Assembly: GCF_009914755.1 (NCBI RefSeq) | Contig: NC_060934.1 | Direction: 5' to 3' (one strand) | Length of the DNA: 64,000 nt | DNA from: the human T2T-CHM13v2.0 reference genome, Homo sapiens | In this document: in pieces, positions 37,333-50,091 of the stretch | How the letters are laid out: every line of letters begins with the position of its first letter | Position numbering within the stretch: position 1 is the stretch's first letter | Translations under genes and position numbers: made by a program | Notes under the pieces: generated by a model | Told to the model about the DNA's origin: nothing | What the model saw: only the letters and a program-made list of their open reading frames with translations | Databases searched by the model: none

Positions 37333-37409
37333 GTGGGCTTCTAAGTCACTGGTCCTCTATTTTGTTTTGTAGTTTTCTTCAAGAAAGTGCTGAAAGGGCT
37401 CCAGTGCAT

Positions 37410-40003
37410 GGGGCCTTCTCACACATTTGGGCACATTTCCTTAATTTATGAGTACTCCTTTATTTTTAAGCCAATTTAGTACCTTCTGGCCACAACACAT
37501 AACAAAACAGATGTATGCACACATAAATACATCTGAGCACACATACACACTCATACAAAGATCCTATAGCTTTAACTTTGGAACTCTAGCCAAGAGATAT
37601 CTACACAAACTCACCAGCTTATCAAAAAATGGTTGGATGTAAGCAGTTGTTTTTATCTTAATACCAGTAGAATGGTCCTCTAAACTAGAAAAAATACATT
37701 TTCTTAAGCAAAAACCATATCCTTATGTTTTTGTTTCACCAAACACACATCTTATTCTCCTACTTCTCTAACTCCTAGTAACTCTAATTCCTAGTGAAAA
37801 TTCTAGGATTACTTAATTTAACATAACATGACTTTAAGATTTCAAATCAATAGAGAAAATTAAATTTACCAAATTAAACTTACCAAAGATGACCAAAGTC
37901 ATGTGAACTGAAAAGCCTCTGAACTAGTTTCTGTTAGTCCAATAAACACTTAGACTTTTCTTTAAGACAATTAATTAGAGTTCTTTAGACTTTAAGACAA
38001 TTAATTAGCGCTGTTTCATATAACTTGGTCGTGAAATATCACTTCACATGACACATACAGTTCTATAGACGGACACAGACAGAGGCAGATCTTAAACACT
38101 TTAGATTTTTCATTTGTGTGTTTTCAAAATTTTTCTGTCCCCTACTTCAGATTATTGGTCTCCTGATGATCTGTTCCAAGTCCAAAATAATTGTTAACGA
38201 AGCAACTCTAAATGTACAACTCCAAAGACATGACTTTGGTGAAATAGGGTAGAAAATGTACATCTCAAAGGCACAGACTTAGACCTAAACAAAGTCAAGG
38301 TCTGTTATGTAAACTTTAAGCCATTGTCTTCCCCCTAGTTAAGGTTCCTGGTGGTACAGATGCAGAGACAGAGATGCTCTTACAAAACGGAGATTTCCTT
38401 TAATGATGTAAATTTTCTTTACAAAATGTTTTTATTAAAGTGACTTAATTTGATAGGTGTTTTTATTTGTTTGTTTGTTTGTTTTTGAGACAGAGTCTCG
38501 CCCTGTTGCCCAGGCTAGAGTGCAGTGGCGCAATCTCGGCTCTCTGCAACCTCCGCCTCCTGGGTTCACGCCATTCTCCTGCCTCAGCCTCCTGAGTAGC
38601 TGGGAGTACAGAGGCCCGCCACCACGCCCAGCTAATGATAGGTGGTCTTTTAACTTAGCTTGATTAGATCACCGGCTTTAGGGTAAAGCTCTTTGGGGAA
38701 TGGGGCCAAGAATTCATGCATTTTTTAAGGACTAAACCACAATGTTCTTATTCAAATGTGTGAAGAAAAGAGTATCTCCCTGTAGTAATGACCATTTCCT
38801 GCCAACTGTCCTCAGCCACCCCTAAAATTGTAGCTATCTTCTGCCATTACACACACTAAAGTCAGATCCTCTCACAGTACAAGGTAATCTCTGGTACCCC
38901 CAAAAGCCAAAGAAACCAGGTAACGCAATACAAGACAGAAGAGCTTTAGACCTGAGAACAATCTGCCCATGACTGTTGAAACTCCACAAAGAAAGAACAC
39001 CCCTAAAAGGAGTGAGCGGTGCCTTTATCCTGAGCTCTTTAAGGGACCCAAATTATTAGAAGCCTTTCTAGATATGTTTTTCACTTGGTACTGAAGATGG
39101 CAACAGGGTGGAAGTAAGTGAAACAACAATTTTTAAGAAAGGAAGTGAACTGAGAAGCCAAGCACCTTTTTGTTTTTCTTTTTGCAGCTGTGGGGGATTT
39201 TAGCCAATTCAGAGGCCTCCATAATTTGGAATTCTTATCCGGATTTGACCAAGTCCAGTACAGTTGGTCAAATCCAATGGGAGAAAGACTGAAAAAAAAA
39301 CAGCGAAAAGCCAAACAATATGCTTATTCTTCTTATTCATATAGTTGTATTTTTTGGATGACTGAGGATGGCTATTTGGAGATTTTGGTGAGGTAGTAAA
39401 CTGAAGGAGCCAATATGTGCATGTTCCTCAGGGCCTCTGAGAAGTTGACATAGTCAGCATTTAGTCAAAGGGACCTTGAAGGTTTCTGTGTCACCACTTG
39501 CCCCACTGAACGCTCTAATGGTAAGGAGAAATTAAGACCAGCTGGTTATCAGTCTTAACTTTTAGTCATTAAGGAGACTTTTCAACACAATATCCCAATT
39601 CAGCTACTTACCTAGGAATGGGGCCCAGGCCGAAGATTGCTCTCTACCATCTTAGAAGCAGGAAAGAAACTCAAACTCACCTTCCCTTTTGCAAGTAAGC
39701 AGAGATTCCAGGAAGGACTTGCTCTCCTGTTTCCAATGTCATGGAAAGCAGGAAAACTTGCCTTCCCTGTTAGAAGTGAGTAAAACTCCAGAAAAGCAGT
39801 CGTATGGTGAAATACACCTTAGATCTCACCCAAGTTTGGGGGAGATCAGGGATTCTCTGGAGTGGGGAAGCTCCCAGGCCTCAGCAAATTGTCCCATTGG
39901 TTTGAGCAATAAAGATAGCCCAAGCCAGTACCAAGCACCCACAGGAGATTCATCAAAGGTCAGGGGCACCTCCACTCAGAGTCTCTTCAGTTGGTCGCCA
40001 ATT
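37410..40003 (-). mobile_element. ERV1 (MER4-group) internal sequence, degenerate
   Basis: Abuts the LTR through a PBS-like TTGGCGACC on the minus strand; non-coding. The left end is approximate. Confidence 0.6.
38460..38636 (-). mobile_element. 5'-truncated Alu (right monomer, young-type)
   Basis: Contains ttcacgccattctcc; TSD tgataggtg. Confidence 0.88.
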
Positions 40004-40702
40004 TGTAAACCAAAAGGTATCTGAGACAGGTCTCAATTGATTTAAAAGTTTATTTTGCCAAGGTTAAGGACATGACTAGAAATTGAAAAAACAAACACAC
40101 ACATGCACACACACACACACACACACAGAAAAAGCTTGTGGTCCCAAGAAGATTTTGTGGGCTTCAATACTTAAAGGGGAAAAGATGGCTGGAAGGGAAA
40201 GAGGGAGGGTATGGTCATCCACATGTCTACGCTGTGCCGCTTGGGCTGGAAGGCATAGGATTAAGCAACTTCTCTTGCATCTCTGTTCCTACATTTCATT
40301 GTGTTAATTTTTTTCCTTCCCAATCAATAATCCTGGCTGGAAGGCATAGGATTAAGCAACTTCTCTTGCATTTCTGTTCCTACATTTCATTGTGTTAATT
40401 TTTTTCCTTCCCAATCAATAATCTTAATTCAATTACTTTAAAAATGTTTCTAAGTCTTAAGAAAAGGAGCAGGTAGGGGATAGTCAATCATGAGTTTGTC
40501 TCACACTCAGTAAATAGGCATTTATATAAGATAAGGTGAACATAGAGTAACTACCTGTGGAGATATTTAACCTTTTATCTGTAGCTCTCTGCTTAGGAAC
40601 AAAAGGAAAGGCAGCTTCTTGCATGCCTCAGCTTTCAGCTTAGTTTCCTTTTTCCTTTTGGCATAGGAAATTGGAGTTTGGAGTTTTTATTTTTCTTTCA
40701 CA
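40004..40702 (-). mobile_element. MER4A-like LTR
   Basis: Termini tgtaaaccaaaaggtatctgagacaggtctc and ttttctttcaca (TG...CA). Confidence 0.75.
40244..40424. repeat. 91-bp near-perfect tandem duplication inside the LTR
   Basis: ggctggaaggcatagg...caatcaataatc, twice. Confidence 0.95.
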
Positions 40703-43700
40703 GAAGATAGATAACAAATAAGCATAGGAAAAGATACTGCCAAATGAAGATGGAATTTTTGTTGTAGTTACCAGCGTAAGGGCTTGGAGTTTAGCCATAG
40801 CCTGGCTTTCCATGATTTGATTTTCAGAAGCCCTGTCAATAGATTATGGTTACTTTACTCAATAACTACCATTTTATGTAAATCTTCAGGATGAGTGTTT
40901 CCCAAGCATAATGTTTTGCATATGTCCCTCTGCTTATTCTTGTAATTTAGATGGCTGTATTTTCTGATGGCTGTGGCTGGCTTCTGGAGACTTTGGTGAG
41001 GCAGTAAATAGAAGGACCCACATGCACATGTGCCTCAGGGCCTCTGAGAAGTTGACATAGTCAGCATTTTGTCAAAGGGACGTTGGAGGTTTCTGTGGCG
41101 CCACCTGCCCAAGCTGTTTGGAATCTCCCAAATGAGGTGCCATGGCAGGTCTGCTCAGCCTGGGGGATTTTAGCAGGTGATGGATGGTTCTCATTCTTCT
41201 AAGACTCTCTAAAGAGCAAGCACTTTAATTTCTGGTATTCAAGGGGCCTTGAAGAGCTTAGGATATTTTCAGCTACATGAACAAAAACCTCATCTCAAAT
41301 TGACTTAAACAATGAGGACAGGGATTGATGCCTGTGTCTGGACAATGCAGAGGCTTTAGGGCTGACATCAGCAGCAGCTCTGGTGTGGCCTTCCCACCAT
41401 TGCCTTGCTCTGCAGCTCTGCCAGTTGGCTTCATCCTCATCCTGGTAGCAAGGGGGAGCAGCCATGTCTGCCTCCCTCTGAGTCACACCTTCCTTTGATG
41501 CCATTGGACCAATCTGGGTCACATACTCAAGTCCGCATCCATCACTGATGCAGAGGGTGAGCCTTCTGTCACCATCCATGCCACCTTCCTACTCTACTCA
41601 GGCCAGCATTTGGAGCTAGGCTTGGAGCCAGTTGCTCCTAGGACACATTGGGTATGCTGGGTGAGAATAGATACCTGGAAAAAGTTGGGGTTTTTTGTTT
41701 CCAACTGGGAAATCATGCTAGGGAGACAACACAAAAAATGCCCATCAGACCCTAAAATTCTTCCTGGTAAAGTAAAAGTAAGGGTGGTGGGGAGGCAGAT
41801 AATGGCAGACCTGGAACAGAGGAGACCAGTTGGACAGTTCTGACACTGTGGATGGCATCAGTCACAGGGGTCTTTGAACAAGGTGCAGAGAATTACTAAC
41901 CTCTCCTGGAGAAGCAGAGGACAGGTCTGAGTGCAGCAGGCTATGAGAGAAGAACATACAAAGGGAAATAAACAAATCCACTTAGGGCTAGATAGGAGCA
42001 AGGGACGACCTGGGAGGATAAAGATCTGAGGGACGCAAATCCTCAGAAGCTGGTGCTAACCCAAATCTTTCCTCCAAGCTGACATCGTGAGTTGGGGCAC
42101 CTAAGACTTTGGTTTCCAGGGTCCTCCAGAAAAGATACTAGGTCTTTGTTCCTTCAGACAGCCACAGCCATGCGGGGACGATGCTGGAAGACATGTAGCC
42201 ATCCTGACACATTGGAGCCCATGGCAGGATCCTTGGGCTGGGGTACAAGAGGAAGGAAGCATCCTCTCCATGGGCTCCAGCATTTGCTCCATCTGGGCAT
42301 TCACATCCAATTGTGGGGAGCTTTGACCTCTTCCCAGCCCAGGGCCAGGGGTAGGGTGAATGAGGGGTAATGGGACAGGGTATCTGGAGTAAGAGGAGGA
42401 AGGAGAATTGTGAGGAAGTATTGCAGTTTACTTTGGTAATACATGGGGACTTAACACTAAAACAGCCTTTTTCAGTGACTTCTGAGTAGGGAGAAACAAC
42501 TGGGCTCCCAGCCCAGCAGTGTCGGTCTGTTCTACTTGAGTTGGAAAGCCCCTTCACACTGTGAACCCATCATGGCCTGTGCAAACAAAGTTGTGGGAAA
42601 TAAAGGCCGAGGGTGGCTTCTTTGATCCATAAGAAGACGAGTGATGCAATACAAGATTGCCCTGAAGATATGAACAGGCATTTCTGAAAGAGCTGTAGTG
42701 GGAGTGGAGGCATTGAAAGGGTGCCAGCCCCACTGGACTTTGGGGAAATGCATTTTATAACATTAGGTATTATTTCCATCATATTTGATTACAAGACATA
42801 TTAAAAGATGTGACAAAATCAGGAGTTGGTTAGAGTTTAGGAAAATGGGTCCTCATGAAGTCCTGGTTGTTGTATAAATTGGTCACAGTCTTTGGTTGAC
42901 AAATTGGCTTGCATTCCTTCATATGGCTGAATAAATTCCCATTATGGCTATACCAAGTTTTCTTCATCTGTTTCTCAGTTGATATTAGATAGTTTCCCTC
43001 TTTGGCTAATATAAGCAATGTTACTATGAACATTCATGTACAAATTTATATCTAGACATATGCTGTTAATTCTCTTTAGCATACAGCTAGTGGAATTGCT
43101 AGACCATAAAGGAACTCTCTGTGTAACCTTCTAAGAAATTTCCAGCCTGTTCTCCACAGAAGCCTCTTTTAACCATGACCCTGCCCTGGGACTGAGCCAT
43201 GTGGATCCTGGCATGACACATGGGTAATACAGGCAGACACAGGTACTCATGCCATCTACCTGGACATTCCTACATGGGTGGGCCTATCCCTGCAGTGGCC
43301 CCACTGTGACCCACTCACACATTGATCTGCTCAAGGGCCTGATTTCATGCCTTTGCTCTCCTGTGACACAGAGAGGGCTGTGGGAGAGATGGGCAGTCAG
43401 GAGTTCGGGACCTCACCCTGGTTCTGCCCCTGATGCCCTGTGACTTTGGGAAAGTCTCCTGGTTCTCTCTGGGTCTCGGATCTTCAGCTTTCCAAGGACT
43501 CCTGGCCTGCCTCACCTCTGGGGTGTTGTGAGGCTTCCGCAACATAATACAGCTGCAGATGCTACAAGTTAACCCAAAGAAAGAGGGCTGCCCCAGTAGG
43601 AGATCACAGATTGAGGCCAGCTTGTGATACTTCCCTTGAGTCTGCCTGGGCGGAAAGGAGAAGGAGCACCTGGCCATTATATCTCTGTCTAGGTGAAACC

Positions 43701-43861
43701 TGGAACCTGGCTGAGAAAGATCAGTGTTGATTAGCATCTAGCCACACCTCATCCCTCCCTCTCTAGACCACCCAGGTGATCCTGCAGCACCCTCAGATCC
43801 TACAGCTTGGCCAATCTTGGCTCCAGATGGGAGGGAGAAGATCAGATTTCATGGGTGTTTC

Positions 43862-43868
43862 TATATAA
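43862..43868 (+). promoter_or_regulatory. TATA box of the spermadhesin-family gene
   Basis: TATATAA 63 bp upstream of the ATG at 43925. Confidence 0.7.
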
Positions 43869-43924
43869 CCCCAAGCCACCAGAGCTGAGCTCACTCCTGA
43901 GGTTGGTGCCAGGCCCTGCTGAGG

Positions 43925-43970
43925 ATGAGGCTGTCCAGAGCCTTCGCTTGGCCGCTGCTGTGCAGTATAG
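43925..43970 (+). CDS. SPADH: Spermadhesin-family gene exon 1, signal peptide MRLSRAFAWPLLCSI
   Basis: aggATGA start context and tag|gtaacg phase-1 donor. Resembles recalled ungulate spermadhesin leaders (MKLxSAIxWALLxST). Symbol recalled from memory. Confidence 0.82.
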
Positions 43971-46683
43971 GTAACGCATGGCCCCAGGCCCTTTCTTCTG
44001 GGCCTCGCACTGTTTTCCTTTTCAACTGCAGAGATTTTAAAATTTGCTTATTGCCAAGGAAGAAGCCCATGGCTGATTAGCTGAAAGATACTCTCTTCCA
44101 TACAGAATGTTTCACTTAGTGCTGGTGGAAGAAGAGACAAATAGGAAAATATCTATGTCATTGTGCTGATGCCATCGTGATTTTTAAACATTTCTGGGTT
44201 CCTGAGTTCCCGGTCTTGATGTGTTCTGTGACCCTCCTTCCTGCCTTAAGCAATGTATGCTGAGATTCTGCAGGGCTCACCCAGAAGTGGCTGAGAAAAT
44301 CAGACATGGTCTTGCTTTCGAGGCTTTCCAGGTGGTCTGACGGCAGGCAGTGTCTTGGTGAGGGTGCCCTGCATTGAATGTGTCTGGGGACTTCTGAGGG
44401 GGTAACTGTGGCCCTTGGGGGAGCCCACAGCAGGAGGGAGCTCTGCATCTGCCCAGCGGGTTGTCACATGGCTGCTGCAGCAACTTCGGGAGGAGCAATA
44501 ACCAGCAGCTCCCACCGCTGGCTGGGAGTGCCTGGAAGAGGGGGAGTCACTTGCCCTCTAGAGGGCTGGACCCTGGGAATTGTGTCAACTGCATGAGGAC
44601 TGGCCAACTGATTTTGAATGCAGGCAGGAAAGGAAGAGGGTATAGATTTCCTCAGGGAGATGTCTTCGTCTCTATGTCTCTCTTCCCCTGGCTTCCTGTT
44701 TCCCTCATTCTCCCCACCTTCTTTCTTTGTATCCTCCTCTTTCTCTCCCCTTTCCTTCCTGAGCTCCTTGTTTCCTACTCTCGTCACTTCTTTCTCCTCT
44801 CTTGCCCTTGCCGGGTCCTTTCCAACCTTGCCCATTTCTCCTGCGCTGCTCCACTTTGCTGACTGCACACTCACGTCAGGGGCTGCCCCATCACCGGGTG
44901 CTCTCCTCCCCTGCCAGGATTTCAGCCTCACTGTAGGCCCCAGCTCCACATGGCTGCCTCTGGCTAAAGCTTCAGATGCCCATCTACATTTCCAACTCAG
45001 ATAACAGCTTACAGCTTCTGTCTAAATTAGGGCTACAGTGAGGCCTTAGGGCAACTGGTCATAGGAACCCTAACAGCTTGGTGGAAAAATTTAATATGCT
45101 TGACATTTGGTTTCCTCATCCTTGGTGAAATCAAGAGACACAAAGACAACTTGATGAAAAAGAGGGAGAGGTGCTGAGCTTAAATGCAGAAACTAATGAG
45201 TGCTGCATAGGCTTGGCCAAGTCACCCAACCCCTCTTAACCTCAGCTGTAGAATCGGGGTGCCTCGACAGGGCTGTTGTGAGGAGTTAGTGAAGCAAAAG
45301 TTTCCATTCAAGCAAATTTAGAAAAGTTCATTACTAAAGCTCCCTGGAGTGATCACTAGCCTCACAGCCTGAAAGCTTGTGTGGTTAGTGATTGTTAAGT
45401 AGCAGCTTCTTCCCCATGCCTCAAGGCCTTTGCCTAAGAATCTAGATGAAAGGAATTTAAGGTAGATGTGGTTACAGTACAGAAATGTCACTCAATATGA
45501 CAGGCATGTTCAGGATTTGCACTTGAGGTCTGCTTTCTGGGGAATCGTGATTTATTTCTTCCAGAGCCAACTTGATAGAGGCCCCAGCTGTGGGGAGACT
45601 CTTCTTTGCACCCACAAAGGACCAATATAGTCTCAGGCTCAGGAAGGACAACTAAGATGTCCTGGTTGACTTTCTTGTCAGAATAGGTTGTGTAGCATTA
45701 TGAGGATTGCTAATTTACTTAGTAAAGAAACATCATCTAATTTGGAAAACGAAGCAACTGTCTTGAAAGCGTTAGAGTGACAGATCAGGTGTATGCCAGG
45801 CTACCCTGTGCTGGGCATTGGGCCATGGGCTCGTGCACCCAGCTTCATCCTGTAAGGTAGTTAAAATCAAGATGCCCATTGTATAGATGAGTGACTGAGG
45901 CTTAGGGAGAGTTAAAAACTTTGTCCAAAGTCGTTCAGCTCTAGGCTGCTGGGACAGTTAACCAGGGACATCTGATTCTGAACCCGTGGGCCTGCCCGCT
46001 AGATCATAGCCTGACAATGATCCCAGTGTCACGTGCACCGTGGGACGTATGAGATTGTGTGCAGGGCTGGCTTGGATCCCGTTATCTAACTCCAGTCCCT
46101 GAATAGTGAAATTTCCATAAATAAACATGGCTCACTTCTACTCACTTAAAAATTTTAGTCAACAGATTTATTTCAAATTCAAATTAATCACTGGTTTTGT
46201 TATAGAATTTACAAGGAGAAGTGTTTATATCAGAGTTAAGGTAGCTGACTTTTATTTTTTCCCAGGAAAGTGGGACGTGAGACCTTTAGCTAAAAAATCA
46301 GGAATGTCTCGGATAATTCAAGATAAGCTGACTACTCTATCAGAGCAGTCATTTCTGACCATGGCTCCAGAGTGAGACAATTGAACTTTAATTGAGTGGA
46401 ATGGGAAAAACAAGAATGCTGTGAGTGAGCTGGTTTGTGAATTTGTGAGTGCTGAGAGCCGATGCTTCCTTCCATCCTTCTCTCTGGGTAACCCAGGGCT
46501 GTTCCCATAAATGGGGACAGTGACGCCATCTCTTCTTCCTGCTTAGCTCTGTCCCTTTGTGCTCAGCTCTGTCCCTTTGCACTCAAGCTCCTCTTCACAG
46601 TGTAGTCATTTTCCTTTCTTCTGCTTTCACCCATTGGTAAGTTCAGATTTTCATGGTTTTTTTTGTTTTGTTTTGTCTTTCAG

Positions 46684-46713
46684 CCACAACTGTTAAAGCT
46701 CCATTTGCCACAG
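46684..46713 (+). CDS. SPADH: Spermadhesin-family gene exon 2 (ATTVKAPFAT)
   Basis: T-rich tract, ttcag|CCAC...ACAG|gtaaat; 30 bp, phase 1/1. Confidence 0.78.
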
Positions 46714-47798
46714 GTAAATGCAGACAAGACTGTTACCCTCTTTCCCTTGCCTCACACAGAGACACTGTTTTGGGGTTGAAATCCAAATGGATCAATGAGA
46801 AGGGCACGTACCAGGGATAATTCTTGTCCAAAAGGACTTGGTAATTGGATTCAGCCTTCATAATCGCTAATTCCCCCTCCCACCCTCTCAGTGCTCCCCT
46901 CCATGAGACTCCTCCCAACTTCCCCAACACCTCCAAGCCCCCCCGAAGTCTCCTCTGCCCTCCTGTCTGACCAGCCTGCTGGGCAGGGAAAGGAGCCACC
47001 ACTCCACAGAGCCTGTGTTCCTGGAGGTTGGGAGCCTCTTCTAAACACCTGGAGTCTGGAGATCTGAGGAGCTGCTCCATCCTGGGTGTCAGAAAACTGC
47101 TCCTCCCTCTAACCTGCTTCCTCCAGGGTGCAGTTCTTCCCTCTTCCTACGAGCTTCTCCGTGAGGATGCAGGCTAGAGGGAGGAGCAGTTTCTTGCGAT
47201 GCAGGGTGGCTTGTTGATTGATTGGTGGATTCACCTAGTGTTTAACCAGTTGCTGGGCACAAGCTAAGTGCTTTAGAAACTGGAACACATTTGACCACTC
47301 AAGGAAAGTGCTCTTTTCATCCTCAGTCACACTTTCGGAGCCTGAGGCATCATTGAACCTCAAGGAGATGGATTCTCATTTGTTCAGGGATTGGGCTACT
47401 ATTGGGGCAGGAGCACTGCCTATTTGTTATTTGTCCAGCCTGCCCTAAGAAAAGATCTGTAGGGAAATGGAAAGATAGTGTTTGTGCTGATTTTCTGTTC
47501 ACTAATCGGGCAATACGATTGGTGAGAAAGTTTTAGTAAGGGGAGTTAAGTTCCTCTATTTCCCACTGGTCATAAACAAATTGTACTTTAAAATAAGTGT
47601 GGGTCACCTAATAAAGTCTGAAACCAAAAAGCCCACCTTGTTTGTGGAGCCATCAGACTGGGCCATTAAGGTTGAATTTTCTTCCCAAGGATGGGAAGTT
47701 GGGAGAATCAGTAATAACAGGGGCCCCTGGAATGACACAAGCCAATCCCAGACCTAGAGCATCCCTGCAGTGCCTGGGCCCCGTTTCTCCTCTTGTAG

Positions 47799-47934
47799 CA
47801 CCCAGTGACTGTGGGGGCCACTACACAGATGAATATGGCAGGATCTTCAACTACGCTGGGCCGAAAACTGAATGCGTCTGGATCATCGAGTTGAACCCCG
47901 GGGAGATAGTCACGGTGGCCATTCCAGACCTCAA
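47799..47934 (+). CDS. SPADH: Spermadhesin-family gene exon 3, CUB N-half
   Basis: ttgtag| acceptor and aa|gtgagt donor. Encodes APSDCGGHYTDEYGRIFNYAGPKTECVWIIELNPGEIVTVAIPDL, with the YxGPKTxCVW spermadhesin signature. Confidence 0.9.
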
Positions 47935-49889
47935 GTGAGTACTGGGGTTGTGAGTTTTCTTTGATGTTGTTGGTATTTCTAGGAAAGATCCCATCTTGAC
48001 CTCATATGGTTCACCTTCCACCCTATCCATGACAGCCATTTGACACACAATTTGACGACATTTTCACTTCCTGTTGAAAGCTTTTCACTGGCTCGTTTTC
48101 TCCAAATAAAGTTGATTTTCTTGTCATGCCTTTCTCATTCCTCACAACTGGTTTCTCTTCTCTGCTCACTTCTGATCACTTCTCCTCTCTGGACCCTGCT
48201 ATGGGCTGTGCCATTACACTGAGTTTCCTGGACACACCAGAGTCCAGCAGCTCCTTGCCTTTGCTCACACCTGCCCTCTGCCTGGAATGCATCCTTCAAT
48301 CCCTGCCAGACTCATCTGCCCTCTGCAAAGGGTTTTCATGTTGTATTTCATGAGTTAGCTCAAGGACAACAACCTCCATAACAATAAAACCACTTTCCTG
48401 ACTCTCTGCAGAGGAGGAGAGATCTTTTTCTCACAGGGGTTTACATAATACCCCTGGAAAGCTCTACACTGAATTTATAGTGTAATATTACTCTTGGCTA
48501 TGACTTTGTTTGTGTCTACTAGGAGTCTGTCTTTGGATTGCAGGTATTTTTCTTAAATGAATGAATGAATGAAGTGATAAAGCCACAGAAGGCATTTCCA
48601 ATGCAGCCTAAGTTACTGCATTGATATCCCAGGGCAGTGTTCACAGATTTCAGCATGGAAACCACATTTCCATCAATTCCAGACCAAGCCAAACACAGCC
48701 CACAATGGTGGATGAGACAGATGGTGGAACTGTGTGACCCAGAGGTCCTGTCCCCTCCAGACAGCCTATGGGCTCAGAATCCCACTACGTTATGCAGGAG
48801 TTCTATGGGATCAAGGACACTTCGAGACACCTGCCTCAAATACGGGGCTTAAACTGTCTACCCAACCTGAGGCCCAGGGATTCAAAAAGGATGTGTGGCC
48901 ATGAAGACCCAGATGGGGAAACAAGGAGAGAAGGAGCTTGAGGAGGGACCTGGAATGAAAGAGTCGTGCACTTCCTGTGTCATAATTTCCCCAAGGCCAG
49001 CGGGATGGGCGGCTGTGGACATTTTCCCATATTGTCCCTTTGTCCTTTTCAAAGTTGATTTTGAATCTGATTGTCCTTGGCACCAAGGAGGGACACAGGC
49101 TGGGCCAAGAGCAAAACTAGTATAAAGTCAGCCCTGTGTGTGTCCTGGTGGGGTGTCCCCTTGTTGTCTTATTATACCCCAGAGAGGCTCCAGCCCCTCC
49201 TTGTGAACTGAGACCTGCTGGGGCCTGAGGATGAGGGGTGGAGATTAGGACTGGAAAAGCACAGGGAGGAGAGGGAAGTAGGGAGGTCTCCTAGGACTGA
49301 GAACTTCCATGTGCAGCTTGTCTCTCACAGGATGGAGATAGAGACCCCTCTCTCCTCTGCAGTGAGTAAGCAAGGCCAAGCTTATGCTAGTGGGGGGTCA
49401 TGCTTCACCTCTTCCTGTCCCATCTGCCAGGGGAAAGGAAGGCAGGAACCAGGGAGTGGTGTCCACACACTCATTTCTGGTGATTTTTGTCCTGACACAG
49501 AGGTTGTGGTTTAAGGAAACATACCACTCTGCTGGCTGCATTCCCTGTTTGGGGAACTTGAAACACAGCTGATGTTTTGACTAAAATTCCTGGGTTGGAA
49601 TCCTAGGGCCATGGGCTGGGCTCCCTGGAAGACATGGAAACCATGAGACTGGGAAGCCACCTGCTGCCCTGGTGGAGGTGAAGTTTTCTGGGAAGATGGA
49701 GGGGGTGCTCGGGCCCCTGCTTGCGTTATTGAAGAACTGACAAACTTTCCTTCTTTCGTTCTCATCTGTCCTTGCACTTCTCATGAGCAAAGCTGTTGGG
49801 ATCTAGTGTGGATTCATTGGTGGAGGGAGGTGGCAGCCTGGCTGGAGGACAAATCCAAATGCTGATGGTTGCCTTTTCTTCTGACCCAG

Positions 49890-50091
49890 AGGATTCGCAT
49901 GTGGCAAAGAATACGTGGAAGTGCTGGATGGACCTCCAGGGTCTGAGTCCTTGGACAGGATTTGTAAAGCCTTCAGTACATTCTATTACTCTTCTTCCAA
50001 CATCATCACCATCAAGTACTCCAGAGAACCCAGTCATCCACCCACCTTCTTTGAAATATATTACTTTGTTGACGCTTGGTCAACACATTAA
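49890..50091 (+). CDS. SPADH: Spermadhesin-family gene exon 4, CUB C-half and stop
   Basis: cccag| acceptor. Encodes KGFACGKEYVEVLDGPPGSESLDRICKAFSTFYYSSSNIITIKYSREPSHPPTFFEIYYFVDAWSTH*. Spliced CDS is 46+30+136+202=414 nt, 137 aa. Confidence 0.88.
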
